Shown here: positions 40,096-50,173 of the stretch, in pieces | How the letters are laid out: each line of letters begins with the position of its first letter | Position numbering within the stretch: the stretch's first letter is position 1 | From: Acidobacteriota bacterium | GTDB lineage: Bacteria; Acidobacteriota; UBA6911 | Assembly: GCA_963664705.1 (NCBI GenBank) | Contig: OY761556.1 | Span: forward strand, 5,568,001 to 5,632,000 | Direction: 5' to 3' | Length of the DNA: 64,000 nucleotides | Made by a program: the position numbers and the translations under genes | The notes under the pieces: model-generated | Database searches by the model: none | What the model was told of the DNA's origin: nothing | What the model saw: only the letters and a program-made list of their open reading frames with translations

Positions 40096-40317
40096 ATGGA
40101 CTTGCGGTTCAAGACACTGGAGCGTTATCAGACTGGCGGAATGAAGGATCGCATGCAACTTGCCGTGCCACTGCCGCGCACCCCAAAGGGGTTGATCTAT
40201 CGCTACTGCCCCAATGAATCATGCGCGCCACGATTATTCCTCCTCGGCGAAGCACACCCCAAGGCCTATCTCGGTGACGACACCACCATTATCGCTATCA
40301 AACGAAAGCCGGTATAG
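40096..40317 (+). pseudogene. Short chimeric/truncated ORF
   Basis: Strong GGAGGT RBS; RYCPNESCAPRLF half Zn-site; tail GDDTTIIAIKR resembles a PP2C/SpoIIE C-terminus. Confidence 0.4.
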
Positions 40318-40349
40318 TCGAACAGGGAGTATCTTTTGCGAGAGTGTGC

Positions 40350-41717
40350 TTAGCTTCGCAGCTTTGCTTCGATGTCGGCGATGTCGTTTTCAACTTTTTG
40401 CAGCTTTTCCTCTTTTGATTGTATGCGGTCTTCCACGTCGGAAATTTTCTCTTCGAGGCTGTCGCGTATTTCATCCGCGCGACCACCGTCTCGTAGGTTG
40501 TCGATCGTCTCGCGCCATCGTGTAATGTTGCCTTCGTCGTGGTCAATTGATTCGCGGAGGCGGGTGGCTTGTTCCCGCTTGGCTTGCAGGGTGTCATGCA
40601 TTTTGTCGCGCCATTCTTGTTGCTTGCGTTCCCATTCCTCGTGTTTGCGTTCTCGCTCTTCCTTTCTTGCTTTGTATTCCGCTTGGCGTTGCTCCCAGTC
40701 GCGCTGTGCTGCGGCGAACACCATATCGCAAGCGTGTCGAAACCGGTTCCAGAGCAGTTCATCCTGCTCTCGTGGTGCGGGACCGATGGTTTTCCAATCG
40801 GCTTGAAGTTCCTTCACGCTTGCTACGGCGGCCTTCAGGTCGTCCGAATGCCGCAGGGATTCGGCGGTTGTGCAGAGTCGTTCCTTTTGCGCAGCATTTT
40901 GTGCTCGCTGGCGATCGAGCATCGCAAAGTGTTCTGTCCGGCGTTTGAAAAAGCGATCGCAGTTCACGCGGAACCGCTGCCAGAGGTTGTCTTCATCGCT
41001 GCCGGCGTTGCCTGCATCCTTCCAGCGTGCTTGTAGGGACTTGATCTCAGTGGCGGTGTTTTTCCAGTCTGATGAATAACTTAGGCGGTCAGCTTCTGCT
41101 AGTAACGCTGTTTTTGCTGCAATCGTTGCGCGTCGTTTGGTGTCGATCTCGTTTGCCAGGTCTTCTTCAAGCCGCTTCAATCGTCGTATCAGGGTGTCGA
41201 AATCCCCTAGACCGTCGAATTCCGGGACGTAACTGAGCATGTGACGCACTTTCCCGAGGTATTTTCCCTTGTGATCGGCTTGTCGCGCTTCCTTGTCGAG
41301 TTGCTCAAACCGTTCGAGGAGTCCTTTGAAACGCAAAGCGTAGAATCCGAGTGCTGCTTCTTTGTTGTGACCGCGCATTTTCCCGATAATTCGCCCTCGG
41401 AAGATAATGCCGTCGCGTTGTCGTATGTTTCCGTCCTTGTCGACGTAGCCCCATTCTTCGCCCGAGAATATGATTCCGTCCTCAGCGTAGGCAGTTGTTC
41501 CCTTGACCTGCCCGACAATCTCACCCTTAAAAATAATCCCGTCAGGTTTGCGGATCTTCTTCTGACGGTCAACATATCCAATCTCATCTCCCTTGAAAAT
41601 CACGCCGTCAGGCTTGCGAATGTGAGATTCCTTATCAGCGTGACCTATCGTGTCGCCTTTGAAAATGGTTCCATCGGGTTTGTGGATATTCGTATCTTTT
41701 TGGTTAGGCATCACCAT
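40350..41717 (-). CDS. DUF349-domain protein with N-terminal beta-repeats
   Basis: Five (I)RKPDG.IF.G..IG repeats; two W.....K.LQ..WK..G....E..LW.RF...CD blocks; C-terminal coiled coil. Confidence 0.8.
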   Translation of the reverse strand: MVMPNQKDTNIHKPDGTIFKGDTIGHADKESHIRKPDGVIFKGDEIGYVDRQKKIRKPDGIIFKGEIVGQVKGTTAYAEDGIIFSGEEWGYVDKDGNIRQRDGIIFRGRIIGKMRGHNKEAALGFYALRFKGLLERFEQLDKEARQADHKGKYLGKVRHMLSYVPEFDGLGDFDTLIRRLKRLEEDLANEIDTKRRATIAAKTALLAEADRLSYSSDWKNTATEIKSLQARWKDAGNAGSDEDNLWQRFRVNCDRFFKRRTEHFAMLDRQRAQNAAQKERLCTTAESLRHSDDLKAAVASVKELQADWKTIGPAPREQDELLWNRFRHACDMVFAAAQRDWEQRQAEYKARKEERERKHEEWERKQQEWRDKMHDTLQAKREQATRLRESIDHDEGNITRWRETIDNLRDGGRADEIRDSLEEKISDVEDRIQSKEEKLQKVENDIADIEAKLRS

Positions 41718-42084
41718 TCTCCATCAATGGACAGGGGCATCCACCTTTAGATGCATTCAGACGTATTTGTCACATTTCGCTGGAGCAATCCTGCAAATCT
41801 ATGGTGAGAAATTACACGTTCAAATGACATGATTCAATAATTGTATTTGCTCAACTAAGCCGTCGCTTTGCGAAGCCGTGACTCGATTGTGACTCCATTG
41901 GCAGCCAAATTGCGAAAACTGGGTTAACACGGTGCGCTTTGGTGTGCTTCGGTAGCCGTAGAATCCTGGATAAACGATGTCTATGCGTTTTCCCAAGCTG
42001 GAGGTCTCGGATTTTATCCGCCGCTATTACAGAAATCTGTTCACCTGAATCGCGGGCGCTTGTTCCTGATCCAGCTCATCGACG

Positions 42085-42645
42085 CTATTTGGCATGAGTT
42101 CTAGCAAGCAGTCGCCCAACCGTGGCAGGGTGGACTTTAAAAAGGCGTGCCGCATCAGCGGCAGTTTTATCTCCTTTTGTAACCATTCTGATAATCTCAG
42201 TCTGTTGTTGGGGGGTCAGCTTAGGTCTCCGTCCGCCAATGCGTCCTTCTCGTCGGGCAGCGTCCAAACCGGCTTTTGTTCGTTCCCGCAATATCGCCCT
42301 TTCAAATTCCGCAAATGCTCCAACCATCTGCATCATCATGCGCCCAGCCGGAGTCGTAGTATCGATAGCTTCGGTTAGGCTACGGAATCCGGTTTTGGCC
42401 TCACTTAATTTCTCCATGATTGTAAGAACATCGCGAAGGGAGCGAGACAATCGATCGAGTTTCCAAACTACAAGCACATCTCCTTTGCGCAGTTGTTCCA
42501 AAAGGCGATGAAGCTCCGGTCGGTCCCAGCGACCGCCTGAAGCCTTTTCACGAAAAATTCGCTCGCAGCCGGCACTTTTCAGGGCAGCAACCTGCAGGTT
42601 AGTTTCCTGGTCATTGGATGAAACACGAGCATAGCCAATAAGCAT
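42085..42645 (-). CDS. Serine recombinase (resolvase/invertase)
   Basis: GYARVSS, VVWKLDRLSR, FAEFER, GGRRPKL and C-terminal HTH. Confidence 0.93.
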   Translation of the reverse strand: MLIGYARVSSNDQETNLQVAALKSAGCERIFREKASGGRWDRPELHRLLEQLRKGDVLVVWKLDRLSRSLRDVLTIMEKLSEAKTGFRSLTEAIDTTTPAGRMMMQMVGAFAEFERAILRERTKAGLDAARREGRIGGRRPKLTPQQQTEIIRMVTKGDKTAADAARLFKVHPATVGRLLARTHAK

Positions 42646-43005
42646 TGCGTAAATGTATCGCCATTGCCTATATCAATGCAATACCTTTTCGCAATTCTGG
42701 AACCCTCTTAGATAAATGCTATATCTCTTTGTTGCAGAAAGGATCGTTTGAGCAAAGGGACTGTTGAATTCATGGCACATAACTTTAGGCAAGCGATAGC
42801 TACTTTTGATTAGCCAAAGCAAACAGATCCCGAACTGCATTAGTAAACAGGGGTTATTTCCTAGAAGGAACCGCAGGGAGGCCCCCAGGTGAAGGAGATC
42901 CAAGAGATGTGCGCGAAAAGGGCGCTCCCGTCTTCGTCGCGGGTGCCGATCAGAAAGACCTGGCGGGTGAGGAAGCAGGCCGTTTCCGGCATAATGGGCT
43001 TCATC

Positions 43006-43431
43006 TTACAATTCCTCCACAGGCACGGTTGTATTGCTCAGACCGTGGTAATAATTGACCATCTCGGCTGTAAAGGCCAACACGCAGTAGTCTGGGTCGT
43101 CCACCCCTTTGGGATAATAAACCTCAAATCCCTCGCGCCAGAGCAGGGCCTTGGTCTCCCGGTCCGTGCGGACCTCCATGGTCCCTGTGAACAGCGCTCC
43201 CTTGAACTGCGGCCCGTCGCAGTAATAGACCGAGGCTTTTCGGTTTTTTAGAAACTGCTGCGCCCGCTTGGAACTGAGAGTTGTGGAAAAAAGCTGCGTG
43301 CGTGAGCTTTCATGTTCCAACACCAGCATGGCTTTGATCTGGGGGAAACCTTGCTCGTTAATGGATGCTACGTAGGCCACGGCGCTGCTTTCGCGCAACG
43401 CGCGGACTTCGGATGCAATCGCTTCATTCAT
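43006..43431 (-). CDS. Pyridoxamine 5'-phosphate oxidase-like (general stress protein 26) FMN-binding protein
   Basis: S...GFP..KAM...FST..SS....Q...N.KASVY; YYPKGVDDPDY. Confidence 0.82.
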   Translation of the reverse strand: MNEAIASEVRALRESSAVAYVASINEQGFPQIKAMLVLEHESSRTQLFSTTLSSKRAQQFLKNRKASVYYCDGPQFKGALFTGTMEVRTDRETKALLWREGFEVYYPKGVDDPDYCVLAFTAEMVNYYHGLSNTTVPVEEL

Positions 43432-43874
43432 TGCGTTTTTACCTTCCCTGTGAGGTTTTCAAGAATCCGGCGGAGCGCGCCCTCAAAGACCATGATCTCC
43501 GAATCCGTGAAGCCCTCGTAAAAGATGTTGTTCATTTGCCGGGATACGGCTTGGTAATCGTCCCTCAGCCCCCGCGCGTCTTGGGTCAGCCGGATCCGGA
43601 CCTTGCGGCGGTCGGTCGGATCCAGGATCCGCTCGATGTGGCCCGAGGCCTCCAGGCGGTCCAGCATGCTGGTCAAGGTCGTGGTGGCAAGGCCCGTCCG
43701 GTCCGAGAGGCTGCAGATAGGGATGCCGTCCTCCTCCCAAAGCACAAAGAGAATCCTTCCCTGCGCCCCGTTGAATTGGTCGATGCCGTGGGCGGCAAGG
43801 AGTTTTTCAAAGACCCGGCCTTGGATTTGCTTTATCTTGCTAATCAAAAAGCCGCCGTTCGTTTTTCTTTTCAA
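43428..43874 (-). CDS. MarR-family regulator
   Basis: QGRILFVLW...TTLTSMLDRLE..G.I.R..D..DRR...I.LT. Confidence 0.9.
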   Translation of the reverse strand: MKRKTNGGFLISKIKQIQGRVFEKLLAAHGIDQFNGAQGRILFVLWEEDGIPICSLSDRTGLATTTLTSMLDRLEASGHIERILDPTDRRKVRIRLTQDARGLRDDYQAVSRQMNNIFYEGFTDSEIMVFEGALRRILENLTGKVKTQ

Positions 43875-43899
43875 ACCAAGCGCCTCCTCCTATATAGAA

Positions 43900-43917
43900 T
43901 AATACTATATGGTATTA
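43900..43917. promoter_or_regulatory. Probable MarR operator
   Basis: Near-perfect palindrome TAATACTATATGGTATTA just upstream of marR. Confidence 0.6.
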
Positions 43918-44340
43918 TAATAGTACATGGAATGCTTCTCACATGGTTTTTTGTTTGTAGGCGGAGTAGTGGCTGGTTGGTATCGACAGCTTGAAATCTC
44001 ATTGGCCAAGCTGAGGACCAAATAAAACATGTCAGCCTTAATGCCACCTTTGCTGATGGGAGAAATGCGAAATTGACATTTTGGCGTTATCTCCTCGAAG
44101 CCCGTTTTAAGACAATAACTCATTTGAACCAACCTTAAGCTGCTCGAGTTACAAGAAACAGGCTATTCGCATATATATGCTAATAGCTGCCCTGGAAACG
44201 CAGATGGGCTTTGGTTTTCTCAACAGGTAACACGTTGGTAACAAATATTTGTTAACTTCTTATCCATTCGTTTTGTCCAGTTGCGCTTATTTGGAGTCGG
44301 AGGGCATCGTATGAGAAAATTGATGTACCAAAAGAGCAAT

Positions 44341-44793
44341 ATGAAACTAAACATTTTCGTCTCTCTAATTATGCTGCTCGCTATTGTGAATTCTGGTATT
44401 GGAATTACATATTCTGCTCAATCATCATCCTCACCAACCTTGATTGGGCCTATAAAAGGAAAAGGGGGATATGAATTTTATTCTTGGCAGACGCAAGGAC
44501 GATGGAATTTTGCACTGCTATCTGCCACGAACATTCTAAAATCCGTGGAGCAAATCACGGTGTCGCCAGATACGGTAAGCGAAAACTATGTAAAACTGAG
44601 CGGTCAAGGCATTGAGGCCATCAAATCGCAGCTCAACCGGCTTCCCAGAAATGAGCATATTCTTTGGATTAGTAAACTGGCCCGAGTTCAATCTCTTGTT
44701 GATGCGGGGCCAATAGAAATGCCTTCGCAACCCATTATTGATGCGATTGCAGACCATTGCAAAAAGCTCGGTTTAGAGCTGAGTTTAGTGTGA
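44341..44793 (+). CDS. Secreted hypothetical protein (cassette A-B, gene 1)
   Basis: Signal peptide; GYEFYSWQ..G.WNFALL..TN. Confidence 0.65.
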   Translation: MKLNIFVSLIMLLAIVNSGIGITYSAQSSSSPTLIGPIKGKGGYEFYSWQTQGRWNFALLSATNILKSVEQITVSPDTVSENYVKLSGQGIEAIKSQLNRLPRNEHILWISKLARVQSLVDAGPIEMPSQPIIDAIADHCKKLGLELSLV

Positions 44794-44806
44794 GGAGGTC
44801 TTTAAT

Positions 44807-45232
44807 ATGAAGAAGATTCTGATTTGGTCAGCAATTGTTATCCTGCTGCTAATCCTGCCTTCGCTGGTTGGCAAGCTTCACCGTGCTAGCTATTCAGATA
44901 AACAACTTACGATCTTGTATCAGCACATCACTGCCAGGAATGTTAGATCAGCTAAAATCACTGGCGAATACCTGGAATGGGATGACCTTTCCGGGAACAA
45001 GTTCCAAACCACGATCCCTCCCGATAACGGCTATGAAATAGTTGAGAAGTTGAAGGACCATGGCGCAACCGTCAAATTTGTAAAATCCTCGGATATTTCG
45101 GGCTGGCCCATCATTCTAATTTCATGGCTGCCGCTGGTTTTAAACATAAGCATATTGGTTGCGCTTGTCTTTTTGATTATTTCGATTATTAAGTTAAGGC
45201 GTCAAACGGCTAATCCCTCGCAAAAACTGTAA
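44807..45232 (+). CDS. Stand-alone FtsH-extracellular-like domain protein (TM-domain-TM)
   Basis: GGAGG RBS; SYS...NVRSAKITG...F.T.IP...L...G...W..ILISWLP; no AAA or protease domain. Confidence 0.6.
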   Translation: MKKILIWSAIVILLLILPSLVGKLHRASYSDKQLTILYQHITARNVRSAKITGEYLEWDDLSGNKFQTTIPPDNGYEIVEKLKDHGATVKFVKSSDISGWPIILISWLPLVLNISILVALVFLIISIIKLRRQTANPSQKL

Positions 45233-45365
45233 TCCTATTTCTTTTAAGGTTAAACACTGGCGCGCGCGATTGTCCCGAAGTCCGATTCGGGGAAAGAATC
45301 AGGAACTCATGCGAGCAGCAGTAGCGAGCCTCCGGGAGCACTGCACTCGTTGCCATGCGCCTGAA

Positions 45366-45869
45366 TCAGTTGACGAACGTAAGTTTTACCCTTTGCGACC
45401 GCAGGAAGTAGAATGTCCATATAGCACAGTGAATCGCGGTTCGTACCAGAGGGGAGGAATCGTAACCGCTGCCGGGATGGGCGGTAACAACGGCCACATT
45501 GTCGGATTGATTCAGGACTAACTTGGCAGCGTTTGATAGGAGTGGATGAAGACCGGCAGCTGCAACCATCACAACCAGCCATGCGATCATGATTTTGGGA
45601 AAAAGTTGTTTCTTTTTTACCAAGCAAAAAACGATTACCCCCTCAAGAATCAGTGGCACTGCGTTGAGCAAAAGCTCAGACGAGACAATGAACGCCAGTG
45701 AGTTTTGAAATCCATTGGAGCCCAAGCTGAAAGTTTCGCCTATGCCGCTATTCGAGAGAATATGGAAAATTGTATAAATTTGGTAAAAGGCGGAAATGGC
45801 AATCCATAGAACAGGAAAAATCAACCAGCCGCCAAATCCGCGAAGTTCCGATTGTCCTAAATCTTCCAT
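45366..45869 (-). CDS. DUF2569-like membrane protein
   Basis: LRGFGGWLI...IWTFYFLRSQRVKLTF. Confidence 0.75.
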   Translation of the reverse strand: MEDLGQSELRGFGGWLIFPVLWIAISAFYQIYTIFHILSNSGIGETFSLGSNGFQNSLAFIVSSELLLNAVPLILEGVIVFCLVKKKQLFPKIMIAWLVVMVAAAGLHPLLSNAAKLVLNQSDNVAVVTAHPGSGYDSSPLVRTAIHCAIWTFYFLRSQRVKLTFVN

Positions 45870-46054
45870 TCCAAGACCGTCCTATTTTGAGCAATGTAAT
45901 AGCTGGAGATTATTGCTGGAGCACCTTTGATGTCAATACTGGCATATGCTTCTTTGTAGAAATTGTCAGAAAGTAGAAGAATATCCTCCTTATTTTCCCT
46001 AAGTCCGGATATGAGAAAGAACCCTGTTCGGAAGGATATGAGGTTGCAATCTAT

Positions 46055-46486
46055 TTAAACAAAATGCTCAACTAGATATTTGCCGATAGCTGTATCGAGG
46101 TCTTCCATTGGCGTGTAAAACATTTTCCATAACCGATCGTCATCATCGTCCGGAATCTCGCCTTTGTTTTGTTTGAATAATTCTCTGGCTTCCGACAGCC
46201 CAAGATAGCAATTAACCTTCCCGAATAGGGTCAATCCCAGCCTTACCTGCTCATCAAATCGCTCATCTAGATTTGACAAATAATTCTTGAATCCGTCGCT
46301 GCCAATCATTCCCCATGCTTGATGTGCTGCGATGATTTCTTTCAGAGGCGATTCGAACTCAGCAAGACCGTCCAAAAGCGATTCCTTGCTGAATAATATT
46401 GTCTCATACCAGCCGAAAAATGCTTCAAGGGCCTCTTTGGGATTATCTTTAGAGGCAATAATGCGTTCTCGCAGTCGTGGCAGCAT
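46055..46486 (-). CDS. Hypothetical acidic protein (DUF4375/DMP19-like, weak)
   Basis: Sole long ORF between sites C and D; I.SDGF.NY motif. Confidence 0.5.
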   Translation of the reverse strand: MLPRLRERIIASKDNPKEALEAFFGWYETILFSKESLLDGLAEFESPLKEIIAAHQAWGMIGSDGFKNYLSNLDERFDEQVRLGLTLFGKVNCYLGLSEARELFKQNKGEIPDDDDDRLWKMFYTPMEDLDTAIGKYLVEHFV

Positions 46487-46802
46487 AAAAGATCCCTCAA
46501 AAGCGCTAAGCTCACTGTGTGACCGACTCTGATCGATTCAGTTTGAAATTTTAACACGAAACGATCGTTACTTTCCTGAAGTCGCATTCGCGGAGATAAC
46601 GCCAAATTGTATATCTGCCACCATTAATGCTACATTCTACGCCAATCTACCCTTCTAGGATCGCCTTTTAATGGGAACTGGGCTAGATAATCGACCGTAT
46701 CATTAAGTATGAAATCATCTTCTTAGCGCTGGTAGGTGGACCCGGAGAAGTTGTTCGTCATAGCTCGTGGCTGACATACAATCTATCAAAAAGGAGCATA
46801 GA

Positions 46803-47555
46803 ATGCGCATCCGGTACCTGCTGCTTCTTGCTGCTCTCACGATCGCTCTTCAACACGGAATTACAAAAGACAAAATACTGAAGGAAAAGATTAACTCTGG
46901 CGATCGGGAGCGGAGCTATGTACTTTTCGTTCCAGAATCAATAGATCCAAACAAACCTGCACCTTTACTGATTACTTTGCACGGTTCCGGCCGCGATGGC
47001 TCGAGCCTGGTGGATCCTTGGAAGAAGCTGGCGAGAGAGAAGGGAATTATTCTTGCGGGTCCAAACGCATTGAGTTCTGGTGCCTGGATTACACCCACGG
47101 ACGGGCCCGTCTTCCTGCGGGATGTTGTCGATGCAGTGAAGGCCCGCTTCAGTATCGATTCAAAACGCGTGTACCTCTTCGGCCATTCCGGCGGAGGCGG
47201 TTTTGCAATCATTAATTCGATTTTAGAACCAAACTATTTTGCAGCCGCCGCAGTCCATGCTGGGGCTTTGCCGGTCCCAGAACAATTGGCTTCCTTCTTA
47301 CCGGCATCTCGAAGGGTCCCAATTTCAATTTGGGTGGGAGATCGCGATCCGTTCTTCCCCATGTCCGCCATGAAACCCACTGTGAATTTTCTACAGATCA
47401 ACGGATTTCCGGGGCAGTTTTCAGTATTGTTGAATCACGCCCACAATTACTACGGCATCGCAGATCGCGTGAACAAAGAGGCCTGGTTATTTCTTGAATC
47501 ACATGTCCTTGAAAATGAACCTGAATGGAACGAAATTCTTTTCAAAGAACGCTAA
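46803..47555 (+). CDS. Secreted alpha/beta hydrolase (PHB-depolymerase/esterase-like)
   Basis: PLLITLHGSG, RVYLFGHSGGG, G.RDP, H.H; AGGAG RBS. Confidence 0.85.
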   Translation: MRIRYLLLLAALTIALQHGITKDKILKEKINSGDRERSYVLFVPESIDPNKPAPLLITLHGSGRDGSSLVDPWKKLAREKGIILAGPNALSSGAWITPTDGPVFLRDVVDAVKARFSIDSKRVYLFGHSGGGGFAIINSILEPNYFAAAAVHAGALPVPEQLASFLPASRRVPISIWVGDRDPFFPMSAMKPTVNFLQINGFPGQFSVLLNHAHNYYGIADRVNKEAWLFLESHVLENEPEWNEILFKER

Positions 47556-47772
47556 GTACTGCCGTACTGGCCGCCCTTTCTTCGGCCAACGAATATTGCG
47601 ATGCTACAAAAGGCGAGAACCTTATCGAAGGGGGAAAACTGCGCAATTTTCATCGTGACGCTCCCATGATGTCGCGATCGGGGAAATTGTGCCAAAATGC
47701 TAATTTGCAGTCGTCCATGATGTGAGGAGGATGTTATAGTTGCGCGGTCCCACATCCCGCATGAGGAGTTCA

Positions 47773-48345
47773 ATGAAGAAATTATTTTTTATATTCTTTT
47801 TGTTCTCATCTTTGCCGGCAATTCTAGCCGCCCAAGAGGCACCCAAGTTTGAGGCATTCCTCGGTTATTCGCATTTCCGGATGCCAAGTGGATTTGATCT
47901 TGACGAGCTTTATCCAACCACAGAAGAAGCAAGGTTAAGTGGATTCGATATCACTATTACATGGAACATAAACCGATGGCTTGGTGCAGATGCCGATTTC
48001 GGGCATTATGATGGCAAGGTCAATTCAATGTTTGTAAAGACCGGTCGAATCAGCAGCCAAGACGCTTCAATCACCTCATATTTGTTTGGTCCCCGCGTGT
48101 TTTATCGCGTGAATCGATTTACTCCATTTGTCCATTCCTTATTCGGCGGTATGGCGTTAGGACGTGGACCGTACACTGGAAATGGGAGATCCGCAGCGGG
48201 TATTGCACTCGGGGGAGGCGTCGATATCAGCGTTGCCAGGCACTTTTCAGTTCGCGCAATTCAGGCTGATTACGTGAGAAGCGACTTTGTTCCAACGGGG
48301 CAAAATAATCTACGGTTATGCATTGGCGGAGTCCTTCGCTTCTGA
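47773..48345 (+). CDS. Outer-membrane beta-barrel protein
   Basis: Signal peptide; YLFGPR...PFVH.L.G...GGGVD...QADY; C-terminal Phe. Confidence 0.8.
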   Translation: MKKLFFIFFLFSSLPAILAAQEAPKFEAFLGYSHFRMPSGFDLDELYPTTEEARLSGFDITITWNINRWLGADADFGHYDGKVNSMFVKTGRISSQDASITSYLFGPRVFYRVNRFTPFVHSLFGGMALGRGPYTGNGRSAAGIALGGGVDISVARHFSVRAIQADYVRSDFVPTGQNNLRLCIGGVLRF

Positions 48346-48525
48346 GGTCGAGCCTTGGGGAATCTTACCGGCAAATATAAGTTAAGCCGCCGGTCTGATA
48401 CGCTTGGGTGTCACAGGATGGAATTGCCGTTGTCCTGAAATCAGCTTTGCCGAGATAGCGCCAAAATGGTAATTGACCTGTTTCAGAACTGTTTTCAACT
48501 TATCTGAAGCCTATAGGTTGGCGGC

Positions 48526-49290
48526 TCAATTTTCAGTTGGAATCCGCTTCGCATGATCGACGACTAGCATTTCAACCGGCGCTCTTCCAGGCTCCAGTTT
48601 CAACCCAAGCTGCTCCTGAATTGCGGTAAAAAGGCTCGGACCAGGTTGATTGCTGTCCTCTCCGTCTTCTGGAGTCCATTTCAGGCTGATGTCGAATGTC
48701 CCTGCCAATCCCGTGCGATCCACCACCTGGCATCCAGCAACGAACGACAAACTACCGGCAAGTGTTCCGATGAGCATGGACTTTCCAAATATTCCGCCGC
48801 GAAAGACCCTAACCGCCGGGCTTTCCCCGCGCACCTGTTCAGCCTCTTGGCCGCTATCCGTCTTTGGCACTTCCTTGAGCTTCGGCCCATTTTTTCCCAG
48901 CACCAGAAAGTACACTCGCTGCACTTTCATCTCTCGGTGGACCGACAGATTGAATCGTTCCGACAACAGTGCCCGCAACATGGCCGGAACTCGATCCTTC
49001 GGAGTGCCTGGAGGCAATTTTGCGGACAATCCATAGAATTGCTCATCCAGCCACTCGGGGCCACCCGTAACCAGGGGGCTGTCGAAGCCGTATGCGACAC
49101 TAATCAGGTTCTTGAGAGTGACGTTCGAATACCGCACCATGGCCGGATCGGAATCCATGGCGAAGAAAGCCGCGGTTCCCGTTTGCGGTTGGGCAAGCTT
49201 TACCGACGCTACTTCAAATGCCGCCGGTGCCTGCGGCCAGGCCGGAACAGATACGCAGCACAGAACGAGGGCGAGGACAATCTCTCTCAT
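48526..49290 (-). CDS. TIGR03435/DUF3738-family protein
   Basis: AFEVASVK, GGPEWL, ML..LL.ERF.L, VVDRTGL.G.FD..L.W, EQLGLKL and LVVDH motifs. Confidence 0.9.
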   Translation of the reverse strand: MREIVLALVLCCVSVPAWPQAPAAFEVASVKLAQPQTGTAAFFAMDSDPAMVRYSNVTLKNLISVAYGFDSPLVTGGPEWLDEQFYGLSAKLPPGTPKDRVPAMLRALLSERFNLSVHREMKVQRVYFLVLGKNGPKLKEVPKTDSGQEAEQVRGESPAVRVFRGGIFGKSMLIGTLAGSLSFVAGCQVVDRTGLAGTFDISLKWTPEDGEDSNQPGPSLFTAIQEQLGLKLEPGRAPVEMLVVDHAKRIPTEN

Positions 49291-49576
49291 TGTTTCTACT
49301 CCTGCCGCTTTGGCTCCCAGAATACTCTATCCTACAGTTTCCTATTTTTATCAACAGAGTATCATCGGTCCTGGATTGTTCATGAAAAATCGCGTGCGAA
49401 GATAACTCCAGAATGGTAATTGCCGTTTGGGGTCTTCTCACCGGTTGGATGCTCCTCTGATTGCGTTTCTCGAACCCGTGACGGATTACCCCCTTTATTT
49501 CATTTAAACACTCTCGAACTGCAACGAAGTCACATCCAACAAACTTTTTAGGAACTCACGAAAACATTGCTGTAAT

Positions 49577-50008
49577 ATGGGATCCTTTAAATGCGTAATG
49601 GACAGCCGAAATGAAAGGGATTTCTTAATGGAATTTGCGTTAAGAGCTTTCATCCTTCTGGATGGCAAGATCAAGCGATTCGGAGTAAGCCGCTTGTCTC
49701 GGATTCACAACGATCTCATGCCTGAATATGCTGGGCTGAAAATTCCATATGCGATTCTTGTGTTCGAACGTGAAGAAGGAAAACTTGGAGATCTGCGTTA
49801 CCACGAATGCGGGTACCTTGTCTTTGACAATGAGGGAAAGTTGGATGAGAGCAAGGGGCTAAATCATCTCCGGTTGGTTCAGGCTGGCGAAAACGATCCC
49901 AAATCATTTGCCGCCAGGAGAGCGGAACAGGTCCGGCGGGAAAATACATGGTATGCCAGCGGCGACCAACTGAGTCAAATGATCGCACAAGCCAAACAAA
50001 GGAAATAG
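49577..50008 (+). CDS. Hypothetical protein
   Basis: Sole plausible ORF between sites G and H. Confidence 0.55.
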   Translation: MGSFKCVMDSRNERDFLMEFALRAFILLDGKIKRFGVSRLSRIHNDLMPEYAGLKIPYAILVFEREEGKLGDLRYHECGYLVFDNEGKLDESKGLNHLRLVQAGENDPKSFAARRAEQVRRENTWYASGDQLSQMIAQAKQRK

Positions 50009-50173
50009 CTATTCTAAATTAAAGTTCCCGGATAAATTGTGTTCAAGGAGATCCGCTGAGGACGGCGACAAGGGAAACTTCCATTTTGGATCAAAATCGT
50101 CATCGGCGGCAGTAATTACCATTTTGGCGTTATCTCCGCGAACGCGACATAACCGGCCAATCGCTGCCCGTTT

